Assembly (NCBI GenBank): GCA_016718275.1
Contig: JADKEA010000003.1
Span: 15,651 to 79,650 of the forward strand
DNA: 64,000 bases
Source of the DNA: Candidatus Villigracilis affinis
GTDB lineage: Bacteria > Chloroflexota > Anaerolineae > Anaerolineales > Villigracilaceae
Direction of reading: 5' to 3'
Part shown: in pieces, positions 20,242-28,456 of the stretch
Position numbering within the stretch: the first letter of the stretch is position 1
Layout: the number at the start of each line of letters is the position of its first letter
Translations under genes and position numbers: made by a program
The notes under the pieces: model-generated
The model's input: only the letters and a program-made list of their open reading frames with translations
The model's database searches: none
Told to the model about the DNA's origin: nothing

Positions 20242-21078
20242 TTATTCCTTTGAAATGCAGGCAAACCCCAGTGCGCCGATGCCGAGATGTGCGCCAAGCA
20301 CCGGTGTGATCTGCACAATTGAAACTTCGCCGTTTGGCAGGAAGGCGTGTATATTTTCGCGTAACGCTTCGGCTTCCTCTTGAACACCGGCATGCAGGAT
20401 CGCCAGTTTTTCGTAGGGCGCGTATTCTTCCAGCCAGGAAAGCAGGCGTTCGGTTGCGCGCTTTTGGGTGCGGGTGCGATGGGCGGTGGCTTTTCCCATG
20501 TGCATATGAAGCAGGGGTTTGACTTGCAATAGCTCACCGAATTTCGCAATGGCAAAATTCATTCGTCCGCTGCGGCGCAGATATTCGAGTGTTTTTAGAG
20601 AGGCAAAGACGTAGGTGCGTTTCATCACTTCCTGCAGGGTTGAAATGATCTCTTCGACCTTTTTCCCGGCTTTGGCCATGATCGCCGCTTTTTCAACGAG
20701 AAAACCTGTCCCGAGGCTGAGCTGGCTTGAATCGAGCACTGTGACGGGGATGCGGGTGAATTGCAGGGCGGCAATGCGTGCCGAATTGATCGTTGCACTT
20801 AACGTCTCCGAGATGTGAATGGACAGGATGGCTTGTGCGCCTTCGTCAGCGAGGCGGTTGAAAACCCTGGTAAATACATCAGGCCCGGGCGCGGCGGTTT
20901 TCGGTGACGGGGAGTAGCTAGGTAATTGGGTGTAGAACTCGCTGCGGGTGAGGTCAACACCATCCAAAAAGGTTTGGTCGCCCACATTGATATTCAACGG
21001 AATTACGGTAATGGATTGTTGATCTGTAATTTCTTCAGGTAGGTCACAAGTGCTGTCAGTAACGATGCGGACGCTCAT
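20242..21078 (-). CDS. DegV family fatty-acid-binding protein.
   Basis: 278 aa from ATG 21078. VRIVTDSTCDLP is the typical DegV N-terminus. Confidence 0.85.
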   Translation of the reverse strand: MSVRIVTDSTCDLPEEITDQQSITVIPLNINVGDQTFLDGVDLTRSEFYTQLPSYSPSPKTAAPGPDVFTRVFNRLADEGAQAILSIHISETLSATINSARIAALQFTRIPVTVLDSSQLSLGTGFLVEKAAIMAKAGKKVEEIISTLQEVMKRTYVFASLKTLEYLRRSGRMNFAIAKFGELLQVKPLLHMHMGKATAHRTRTQKRATERLLSWLEEYAPYEKLAILHAGVQEEAEALRENIHAFLPNGEVSIVQITPVLGAHLGIGALGFACISKE

Positions 21079-21079
21079 G

Positions 21080-21652
21080 TTATTCCTTCTCCTGGTCTTG
21101 TGGTGCAATGGGTGGCGACACTTGCGTGGGAAACATGTGATGCAAAAGCGAGATGATCTGGAAGGCGGCATTGGGTTCGAAGGTGTAGAAGCCTTCATAG
21201 AAGCGCTGACCTTCTTCCGGGTCAATTTCTTCAGCGAGCAGGGTGGCATAAATGCCCGGACCATAGGCCACAACGAACCAGTATTTTTCGAGCGGCGTTC
21301 CACTGGTATCGATGCCTGTTGTGCGCGCAAGTTGTGGAAGCGGCGCATCTGAAACACCGTAAAGCCACAGGCCTTTGGACGCTTCGGCTACTTTTGTATA
21401 TTGTCCCAATTGTGCGTTGATACGGGAGAAATATTGAAACGAAACATGTGTGTCTGCACCGCCGAGGGTATTGATGACAGAGTCTTCGATCATGTGGCTG
21501 ATCTCGATCATGCTTTTCACGGAAAAGATATAACGAAAATTGGCGTGTTGCAGATCCTGCTGCTTAAGACGGTTGATATAACCCTCGGTTCGCGGGGGAA
21601 ATAAAGGCAGGAGTTTGTGGTAGAAAGCTGAAAGCGTATCTTGTTTTGTCAT
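21080..21652 (-). CDS. Putative sensory-domain protein (DICT-like, tentative), translationally coupled to the MerR/B12 regulator.
   Basis: 190-aa ORF whose start overlaps the regulator's stop (ATGA). The domain call is from memory of the DICT family and is uncertain. Confidence 0.6.
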   Translation of the reverse strand: MTKQDTLSAFYHKLLPLFPPRTEGYINRLKQQDLQHANFRYIFSVKSMIEISHMIEDSVINTLGGADTHVSFQYFSRINAQLGQYTKVAEASKGLWLYGVSDAPLPQLARTTGIDTSGTPLEKYWFVVAYGPGIYATLLAEEIDPEEGQRFYEGFYTFEPNAAFQIISLLHHMFPTQVSPPIAPQDQEKE

Positions 21653-22971
21653 GGTTGGTTTTGCCTAGCCTGGTCATTTAACCAAATTTTGATCGGCGAG
21701 CCCTGACCGTTGATGTGCTTATCCACGGCGCGGGAATAGTTTTCCATAAAGTCAGCCAATTCCTTTTGCGGGCGCTGGTGTGATTGCATCAAGACCTTCA
21801 GCCATTCCAATTCGGCGTTGACATGTTCGATATTTCCAAGCTGCAGGGCGGCGGCGATGTTATCGCCGAGGAAGTGGATGCCAGTATCGATCCCTTCGGA
21901 TACGATGGGTGGAATCATTTCCTTGATGGTGCTTTCGATGTGCAGACGTTTGGCGTTGAAGAATTCAAGCGCAACCTGATATTCATTCGTCATGCTTTTT
22001 GCCTGCACTTTGGGCGAATTGCCTTTTAGAAGCGTTTCCACTTTTTCGATGGCAGAGTCCACGCTGTTGCCGAGGTAATGACCTGGGATATGGTCTTTGA
22101 TGCCCGGATGCAAGTTGAAAATGCGTCCGCCGTAGCCAACGGGAATCTTCATTTCTGTGAGAGAGTGGGCTGTGGCGTGCAATGCCGCTGCCGTGATAAG
22201 TGTCTGCGCGACGAGGACGACTATGTTGGCGTGAACTGCTGAAACGGTTTCGGCGAATCTTTCCGCGGGGACATTTGCTCCCAGATAAATGACTCGGAAT
22301 CCACGCCGACGAAGGAGCAGGCAGAGCAGCAGGGGAGTGAATGTGTGCCACTCGTTGGGCGGGCATCCTACCAGCACGGTCTGTTTGAGGGTCGGGGCGG
22401 GGGATGCGCTGAGTAATGCGTCGAGTCGGCGCATTGCCAGACCTGATGCGAAATGTTCCTGCTGAACCGAAGCATTGTTTGAATACCAAAGCCCGCCGAT
22501 CTCGGCCATGCCCTTTTGCAGTACTTCTGTGCAAATGACTTCCACCGGGAACATGGAAAATCCCTGGTTCAAAACCTGTTCGGCGGTCGATTCACTAAAG
22601 TTCAGGCAGGCCTCGATCCATTGCGAACGCAGGGAATCGAGGCTGGTATCGGATGAAAGGTAAATGGCAGGAGTCCCCAACGGGGCGATGACTGTCGAAG
22701 GCGCAAAACCAGCCAGCGGGTCTGCACCAGATGCGTTGTGTTCGTTCCACAAATCCACTGCGCGGGAGATCGAAAGTCCTTCCGATTGCCTTCCCATCAG
22801 CCATTTGATCGTCTCGATATCGTATTGCGAATACAAGCGATGCCCGCCCGCCGTGCGTTGAGGCATGGGGATACCGTACCTGCGTTCCCAGGCGCGCAGG
22901 GTATCTGCGGCGATGCCTGTTTCCTGCAGGACGACTTTCAAGTTGAAGGCGGGGTTCTTGCTAATAGACAT
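21649..22971 (-). CDS. MerR-family transcriptional regulator with a cobalamin (B12)-binding domain (CarH/LitR-like) and a ~150-aa C-terminal extension.
   Basis: N-terminal MerR HTH: LKVVLQETGIAADTLRAWERRYGIPMPQRTAGGHRLYS. B12 motif elements: NEWHTF (E-x-H), AQTL and GYGG. At 440 aa it is longer than the ~300 aa usual for CarH/LitR. Confidence 0.8.
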   Translation of the reverse strand: MSISKNPAFNLKVVLQETGIAADTLRAWERRYGIPMPQRTAGGHRLYSQYDIETIKWLMGRQSEGLSISRAVDLWNEHNASGADPLAGFAPSTVIAPLGTPAIYLSSDTSLDSLRSQWIEACLNFSESTAEQVLNQGFSMFPVEVICTEVLQKGMAEIGGLWYSNNASVQQEHFASGLAMRRLDALLSASPAPTLKQTVLVGCPPNEWHTFTPLLLCLLLRRRGFRVIYLGANVPAERFAETVSAVHANIVVLVAQTLITAAALHATAHSLTEMKIPVGYGGRIFNLHPGIKDHIPGHYLGNSVDSAIEKVETLLKGNSPKVQAKSMTNEYQVALEFFNAKRLHIESTIKEMIPPIVSEGIDTGIHFLGDNIAAALQLGNIEHVNAELEWLKVLMQSHQRPQKELADFMENYSRAVDKHINGQGSPIKIWLNDQARQNQP

Positions 22972-23037
22972 GGTTGGACTCCGGTGACAAATTGGTGGAC
23001 TGGTTGCAAAGGTTTTGCACGGTTATTGTACCGCTTA

Positions 23038-24573
23038 TTAACCTTCCGCAGCAGCCTGTTCCAATTTGTACCCTTCCACCTGCAAGCCTTTGTACTCTTT
23101 GAGAATTCTCTCAGTTGTCAGGCGGGCTGAAAGCAGAACGATGGGCAGACCTGTGCCGGGGTGTGTAGATGCGCCTGCGAAGTACAGGTTCTTGTATTTT
23201 TTGTGGCGATTGTGCGGACGCAGATACCCGACCTGCCAGAAATTGTGACTGAGGCCAAACGCCGAGCCGTTGACGAGATTGAAACGTTCCTTCCATGTCT
23301 TGGGCTGGTACACGATCTCGAACTTGAGATGCGCTTCGAGATCTGCGGCATCCATTTCCGTGGCGAGGCGGTCGAGAACATAACGGCGGGCACGCGCAAC
23401 CATTGCATCCCAATCCTGTGCGGAGCGGGCATCGAGATGGCCGACGGGGACAAGCACATACAGCGTGTCTTGACCTTCAGGCGCAGCGGCTGGGTCGGTG
23501 CGTTTGGGTGCATGCACGTAGAATGACGGCACTTCGGGAAGGGTGTGTTCATTGAAGATCTTCTCGAACGAGGCTTTGTATTCACCGCCGAGGAAGACGT
23601 TGTGATGCGCGATCTGTGAATATTCCTTGTCCACACCCCAATAGAACATGATGGTGGAGCAGGTATACAGTTTTTCGTTGATAAGTTTCTTTGCTTCGGC
23701 GCGGTCGGGCAGAAGCTGGTCGTAAATGTAGGGCAGGTCAGCATTGCCGACGAAGATATCGGCGGTCAATTCGCGGCCATCTTCCAGTGTTAAACCTGCC
23801 ACTTTCGAACCTTCAACCTTCAACTTCTTCACTGGCGCATCGTAGATGAATTTCACGCCCAGTTTTTCAGCGACCGTGGTCAATGCCTGAATGCCGGCAT
23901 ACATGCCGCCCATCGGATACCAGACACCTTCTGCAAGTTCGGTGTACTGGAGCAGGGAGTATGTGGCGGGCGCATCATAGGGGCTGAGACCCAGATACAT
24001 ATTTTGAAAGGTGAATGCAGCCTTGAGTCTTTCATCCTTGAAGAATCGGCCTGTATTGGTGTAATGCTTGCCCAGTGCCTTAAGCTGGAAGATCAAAGGC
24101 AGGTTGGACAGGCTGAAATATTCGAAGATGTTGTAAAAGTTGCGCCCGACGAATTTTTCGAGCGAGATCTTGTAGTGCTTGCTGCCTTCAGCAATGTAAT
24201 TCAGGAAACCAGTAAAGGCGGTCTTTTCCACTTTTTCGAGCTGAGTTTGCATATCGCCGATGTTCGAGGTCAATTCCAGTTGCAGCCCATCATCAAAGCG
24301 GACTTTGTAGGTGGGGTCGATGCGGCGCAAGTCGAGATGATCACTCATCTTTTCGCCGAGCGAGGCAAAAGTTTCCTCCCAGACCTCAGGCATGAGGAAC
24401 AAGGTGGGGCCGATATCGAAGCGGTGGCCGTCTTTGACGATCTGGTTACAACGTCCGCCGGGGGTGTCATTTTTTTCCACGACGGTAACATCGTAGCCAT
24501 TTTTCGCGAGGCGGGCGGCAGTGGCAATTCCGCCAATTCCTGCGCCGATCACTACTGCGGTCTGTTTTCGCAT
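23038..24573 (-). CDS. crtI: Phytoene desaturase.
   Basis: FAD fold VIGAGIGGIATAARLAKNGYDVTVVEK, 511 aa, with the conserved C-terminal motif NLYFAGASTHPGTGLPIV. Confidence 0.92.
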   Translation of the reverse strand: MRKQTAVVIGAGIGGIATAARLAKNGYDVTVVEKNDTPGGRCNQIVKDGHRFDIGPTLFLMPEVWEETFASLGEKMSDHLDLRRIDPTYKVRFDDGLQLELTSNIGDMQTQLEKVEKTAFTGFLNYIAEGSKHYKISLEKFVGRNFYNIFEYFSLSNLPLIFQLKALGKHYTNTGRFFKDERLKAAFTFQNMYLGLSPYDAPATYSLLQYTELAEGVWYPMGGMYAGIQALTTVAEKLGVKFIYDAPVKKLKVEGSKVAGLTLEDGRELTADIFVGNADLPYIYDQLLPDRAEAKKLINEKLYTCSTIMFYWGVDKEYSQIAHHNVFLGGEYKASFEKIFNEHTLPEVPSFYVHAPKRTDPAAAPEGQDTLYVLVPVGHLDARSAQDWDAMVARARRYVLDRLATEMDAADLEAHLKFEIVYQPKTWKERFNLVNGSAFGLSHNFWQVGYLRPHNRHKKYKNLYFAGASTHPGTGLPIVLLSARLTTERILKEYKGLQVEGYKLEQAAAEG

Positions 24574-24608
24574 AATTATCTCCTTGGTTTCAGAAAACTT
24601 CTTAGGTT

Positions 24609-24693
24609 ATTATATTCTTTGTCTAGTATTTGTCAAGGTTTTTAGGAAAAATACTTTGCAAAACCTTGACAATATAGACAAATCCTGTAAAAT
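24609..24693. promoter_or_regulatory. Divergent crtI/crtB promoters with an embedded inverted-repeat operator.
   Basis: Plus strand: TTGACA 24666-24671, 16-nt spacer, TAAAAT 24688-24693. Minus strand: TTGACA (rc of 24631-24636), 16-nt spacer, TATAAT (rc of 24609-24614). The arms ttgtctagtatttgtcaaggttt (24619-24641) and aaaccttgacaatatagacaa (24661-24681) match 21/21 with two 1-nt bulges. Confidence 0.7.
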
Positions 24694-24745
24694 AACTGCA
24701 TTGGAACGTTTTTTAGGCCTAAAGAGAAACTGAACAGGAGAAAAC

Positions 24746-25696
24746 ATGCAAGCACAAGCAAACTGGGAAAACCAATTGATCGCCCTCGCCGGGCATTTCC
24801 CGCATACTTCTGCCCACCCTTTCTTTTCATACTGGGCTGGAGATGCCCAATTGCAGGCCGCCTATAAAAAGGCCGCAAAGATCACCAGCGAACACTCCAA
24901 ATCCTTTTATCTGGCTTCCGGGCTTCTTCCAGAAGAAAAACGCTCCGCTGCCCGCGCACTGTACGCTTTTTGCCGCACCGTGGATGATATTGTGGATGAA
25001 GTCGAATTGAAAAAGGATCGCGACTTTGAACTCGACTACTGGCGGAATATCGTTCAAAATGCCGCTTCCACCTCGACCGATGACCTGGTCGCCTCCGCCT
25101 GGGCAGATACCCTTACCCGATACCATATTCCGCATCACTACGCCCTGCAGTTGATCGACGGCGTGGCGCGTGATCTTTCCCAAACCCGCTATCAAACCTT
25201 TGATGACCTCGCCACCTATTGCTATGGCGTCGCCTCCACGGTGGGATTGATGAGTATGTATATCGTCGGCTTCAAGAGTCATGATGCCGTGCCTTATGCC
25301 ATCAAACTCGGTGTGGCATTGCAAATGACCAACATCCTGCGCGATGTGGGGGAGGATTACCGCAACGGCCGAATCTACCTTCCCCGTGAAGAACTTGTCT
25401 TTTATGGCATCCAGGAATCTGATATTGCCGCAGGCAGGGTCACAGACAGGTGGCGCCAGTTCATGAAATTCCAGATCGAACGCACTCGTCAGTTGTACAA
25501 GGAATCCTGGGAGGGTGTCAAAATGCTCGAGCGCGAAGGACAACTCGCCATCGGTGCGGCATCCACTTTTTACTGTGGCATTTTGGAAGATATAGAAAAA
25601 CACGATTACAACGTATTTAATCGTCGTGCCAGCCTTTCTGCATTGGGCAAAATCAGCCGCATCCCAAGCTTGTGGTTGAGGGTTCGCTCGCTTTAA
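24746..25696 (+). CDS. crtB: Phytoene synthase.
   Basis: Asp-rich motif YAFCRTVDDIVDE plus a second motif, ILRDVGEDYRNGRIYLP. 316 aa. Confidence 0.92.
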   Translation: MQAQANWENQLIALAGHFPHTSAHPFFSYWAGDAQLQAAYKKAAKITSEHSKSFYLASGLLPEEKRSAARALYAFCRTVDDIVDEVELKKDRDFELDYWRNIVQNAASTSTDDLVASAWADTLTRYHIPHHYALQLIDGVARDLSQTRYQTFDDLATYCYGVASTVGLMSMYIVGFKSHDAVPYAIKLGVALQMTNILRDVGEDYRNGRIYLPREELVFYGIQESDIAAGRVTDRWRQFMKFQIERTRQLYKESWEGVKMLEREGQLAIGAASTFYCGILEDIEKHDYNVFNRRASLSALGKISRIPSLWLRVRSL

Positions 25697-25773
25697 TTTA
25701 TTTTGCTTGTTTGTTGCACTTCCCGAATCGTCTCTGGTAATTTGCCAGGGACGATTTTTGATATACTTGCCTC

Positions 25774-26451
25774 GTGAGAAAAATAGCATTTATTCTTTTC
25801 CTTTTTCTGGCTGCCTGCTCGGGAACTTTAGAATCGACCGTGGAGAATACAATGGGAATTCGTTATCTGGCTCTGGGTGATTCGTACACAATTGGCGAGA
25901 GCGTTGCAGAAAACAAACGCTGGCCGAACCAACTGGCTGCCATGCTGTCTGAGCAGGGAATTCAAACTGATGTCACCATCATCGCCCGCACAGGCTGGAC
26001 GGTTGACGAACTTTGGGAAGGAGTCCAGGCCAATCCACCTGATGGGACCTATGACCTTGTCACATTGTTGATCGGGGTCAACGACCAGTATCGTGGATAT
26101 CCGCTGGATGGTTATCGGGAAGATTTCCGCTTTATGCTTGGCAAGGCCATTGAATATGCAGGGGGAGACCCGCAGCGTGTGGTTGTATTGTCCATTCCCG
26201 ATTGGGGTTTCACTCCCTTTGCTGCCAGCCGTGAAACCGAACCGATCAGCCTGCAAATTGACGAATTTAACGCGGTCAATCTCGAAGAAACCAAATCGGC
26301 TGGGGCGCACTATGTAGACGTCACCATCATTTCCCGTATGGCGATGGATGACTTTGAATTAATAGCCTCAGATCGTTTGCACCCATCGGGCAAAATGTAT
26401 TCCCTGTGGGCGGAGAAAGTTTTTCCGACGGTCATTGAAATAATCAAATAA
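25774..26451 (+). CDS. SGNH/GDSL-family hydrolase, lipoprotein.
   Basis: Lipobox LFLAAC, GDS block LALGDSYTIGE, and a distal DRLHPS block. Confidence 0.8.
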   Translation: MRKIAFILFLFLAACSGTLESTVENTMGIRYLALGDSYTIGESVAENKRWPNQLAAMLSEQGIQTDVTIIARTGWTVDELWEGVQANPPDGTYDLVTLLIGVNDQYRGYPLDGYREDFRFMLGKAIEYAGGDPQRVVVLSIPDWGFTPFAASRETEPISLQIDEFNAVNLEETKSAGAHYVDVTIISRMAMDDFELIASDRLHPSGKMYSLWAEKVFPTVIEIIK

Positions 26452-26480
26452 GAAGTAAAATCCAATCGTTGAGGAACACT

Positions 26481-26885
26481 ATGCCAAAAATAAAAGCTGT
26501 CAATCATGTTGCGGTCGTCGTGGACGACATGGATAAATCACTCTTGTTCTGGCGCGATGCGCTCGGAATCGAATTGCACGAACTGCGCGATGTCCCTGCC
26601 GAAAAATCACAGGTGGCCTTTTTGCCCGTCGCTGGCGCAGAAGTGGAACTGGTCATGCCTACCTCTGAGGACTCGGGTATTGCCAAATACCTGGCCAAGC
26701 GTGGGCCTGGCATGCATCACCTATGCCTCGAAGTGGATGACATCGAAGGGATGATGTCACAGTTGAAAGCGAAGAACATCCGCCTCATCAATGAGGAACC
26801 GCGCACAGCCGTGGATGGAAAGAAATATGCCTTCATTCACCCCGAGTCCACAGGCGGGGTGTTGGTTGAGTTGTATCAAATCTAA
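26481..26885 (+). CDS. Methylmalonyl-CoA epimerase (VOC superfamily).
   Basis: VNHVAVVVDDMD...GPGMHHLCLEVDDI...GGVLVELYQ is the typical MCE pattern. ATG 26481 is preferred. Confidence 0.8.
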   Translation: MPKIKAVNHVAVVVDDMDKSLLFWRDALGIELHELRDVPAEKSQVAFLPVAGAEVELVMPTSEDSGIAKYLAKRGPGMHHLCLEVDDIEGMMSQLKAKNIRLINEEPRTAVDGKKYAFIHPESTGGVLVELYQI

Positions 26886-26974
26886 TTTTCGAATACTCGA
26901 GTCTGAAATGCAGGAACACCGCGCTACGTTCCTGCATTTTCATTAAGTGTGTAATCTGGAATGGTTCAAACGAA

Positions 26975-28420
26975 ATGATACTGGATAATATCGAACCCAT
27001 ATTGCAGGATGAATGCGGCCTGGTGAAGGATCGCCCGATCATTGTCGGAGTCTCGGGAGGACCCGATAGTTTATGCTTGATGGAAACATTGAGGCAGGCG
27101 GGCTATTCCATTATCATCGCGCACTTCAATCATCAGCTTCGCCCCGAAGCCGGGCAGGATGCGCATATGGTGGAGAAGATCGCCTCCCGTTTGATGCTGG
27201 GCTGCATCATCGACGGCGCCGATGTGCGTGCTTATGCCGACCAGCAAAAACTTTCGCTTGAAGAAGCGGCCCGCAACATGCGTTACCATTTCATGTTCAG
27301 GCTGGCGCGTGAGCGAAACGCTCAGGCCGTGGCAGTAGGTCACACAGCCGATGACCAGGTGGAAACCATCCTCATGCATTTTCTGAGAGGCAGTGGCATT
27401 TCGGGGTTGAAGGGCATGTCGCATCGTTCGATCATCAAGACTTTTGATCCTTCGATTCCCATTGTGCGGCCTTTATTGAACACCTGGCGAGAAGAAACGA
27501 CAGTTTATTGCGCGGCCAATGGCTTGCGTCCGCATTACGATTCAAGCAACGATTCGATCAACTTTCAACGCAATCGGATTCGTCATCTCCTGATTCCCAG
27601 CCTTGAAAGTTACAACCCGAAATTCCGTGACGCTGTGTTGCGCATGTCGCAATCGCTCAAGAGCGATTATTCCCTTTTGATGGAGACCCTCGAGGATGCC
27701 TGGCAGGATGTGGTGACCAGCGTGGAAGAGGATGCGATTGCATTCGACGCAGAGCTGCTCTCCAATCGCTCGCTCGGACTCCAACGGAACTTGATCAAAC
27801 ATGCCATGCAGATTCTCCGCCCGAAACTGGATGTGAACTTTTCCGCGCTGGAGCGCGCAACAAACCTGATCAAAGACCACGCCCACTCATCCAGCGTGGA
27901 CTTGAAAGGCGGCCTGCGTATGTTCCGTGAGGCGGGCGTTGTGTATGTCTGTACCTTGAATTCGAAATTGTCCTTCAATCTCTGGCCGCAAATGCCGAGC
28001 ACGACACCCATCTCCGTTACGGTTCCCGGGCAGGTTGATCTCGCAGGCGGCTGGAAGATGAACTGCGAACGCTGGCATATCCCCACACTGGTTAAAGAGC
28101 AGGCTGAACGAAACGAAGACCCATTCCAGATTTGGTTGGATGCGGAAAGGGTTCCAGAGTCACTTGAATTGCGGGTGCGTCATCAGGGCGATCATTTTGA
28201 ACCGCTTGGTCTGGAGGGACACTCCCAAAAGATTACCGATTTCTTTGTGAATGAGAAGATGCCGCAGCGGGCAAGAGACCACTGGCCTCTGCTGTGCGCA
28301 GGTGACCAGATCATCTGGGTGCCTGGCTATCGCCCTGCGCATTCTTACCGCCTGACCCAATCGACAAAGACTGCTGTGTATTTTTCGATCTCGGGCCCGC
28401 CCGAGAAAAATATAGAATAA
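26975..28420 (+). CDS. tilS: tRNA(Ile)-lysidine synthetase.
   Basis: PP-loop VGVSGGPDSLCL, 481 aa, with a C-terminal TilS substrate-binding region. Confidence 0.9.
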   Translation: MILDNIEPILQDECGLVKDRPIIVGVSGGPDSLCLMETLRQAGYSIIIAHFNHQLRPEAGQDAHMVEKIASRLMLGCIIDGADVRAYADQQKLSLEEAARNMRYHFMFRLARERNAQAVAVGHTADDQVETILMHFLRGSGISGLKGMSHRSIIKTFDPSIPIVRPLLNTWREETTVYCAANGLRPHYDSSNDSINFQRNRIRHLLIPSLESYNPKFRDAVLRMSQSLKSDYSLLMETLEDAWQDVVTSVEEDAIAFDAELLSNRSLGLQRNLIKHAMQILRPKLDVNFSALERATNLIKDHAHSSSVDLKGGLRMFREAGVVYVCTLNSKLSFNLWPQMPSTTPISVTVPGQVDLAGGWKMNCERWHIPTLVKEQAERNEDPFQIWLDAERVPESLELRVRHQGDHFEPLGLEGHSQKITDFFVNEKMPQRARDHWPLLCAGDQIIWVPGYRPAHSYRLTQSTKTAVYFSISGPPEKNIE

Positions 28421-28456
28421 AAAATTCCCGCCTTGAAAGCGGGAATTTTATTTTTT
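28421..28456. terminator. Bidirectional terminator between tilS and the recombinase-like gene.
   Basis: aaaattcccgc-cttgaaa-gcgggaatttt, flanked by A and T runs. Confidence 0.8.

Noticed and set aside
24827-25789. 320-aa ORF antisense to crtB.
   Set aside because: The crtB frame carries the diagnostic Asp-rich motifs. The antisense ORF has none and would abolish the divergent promoter logic.
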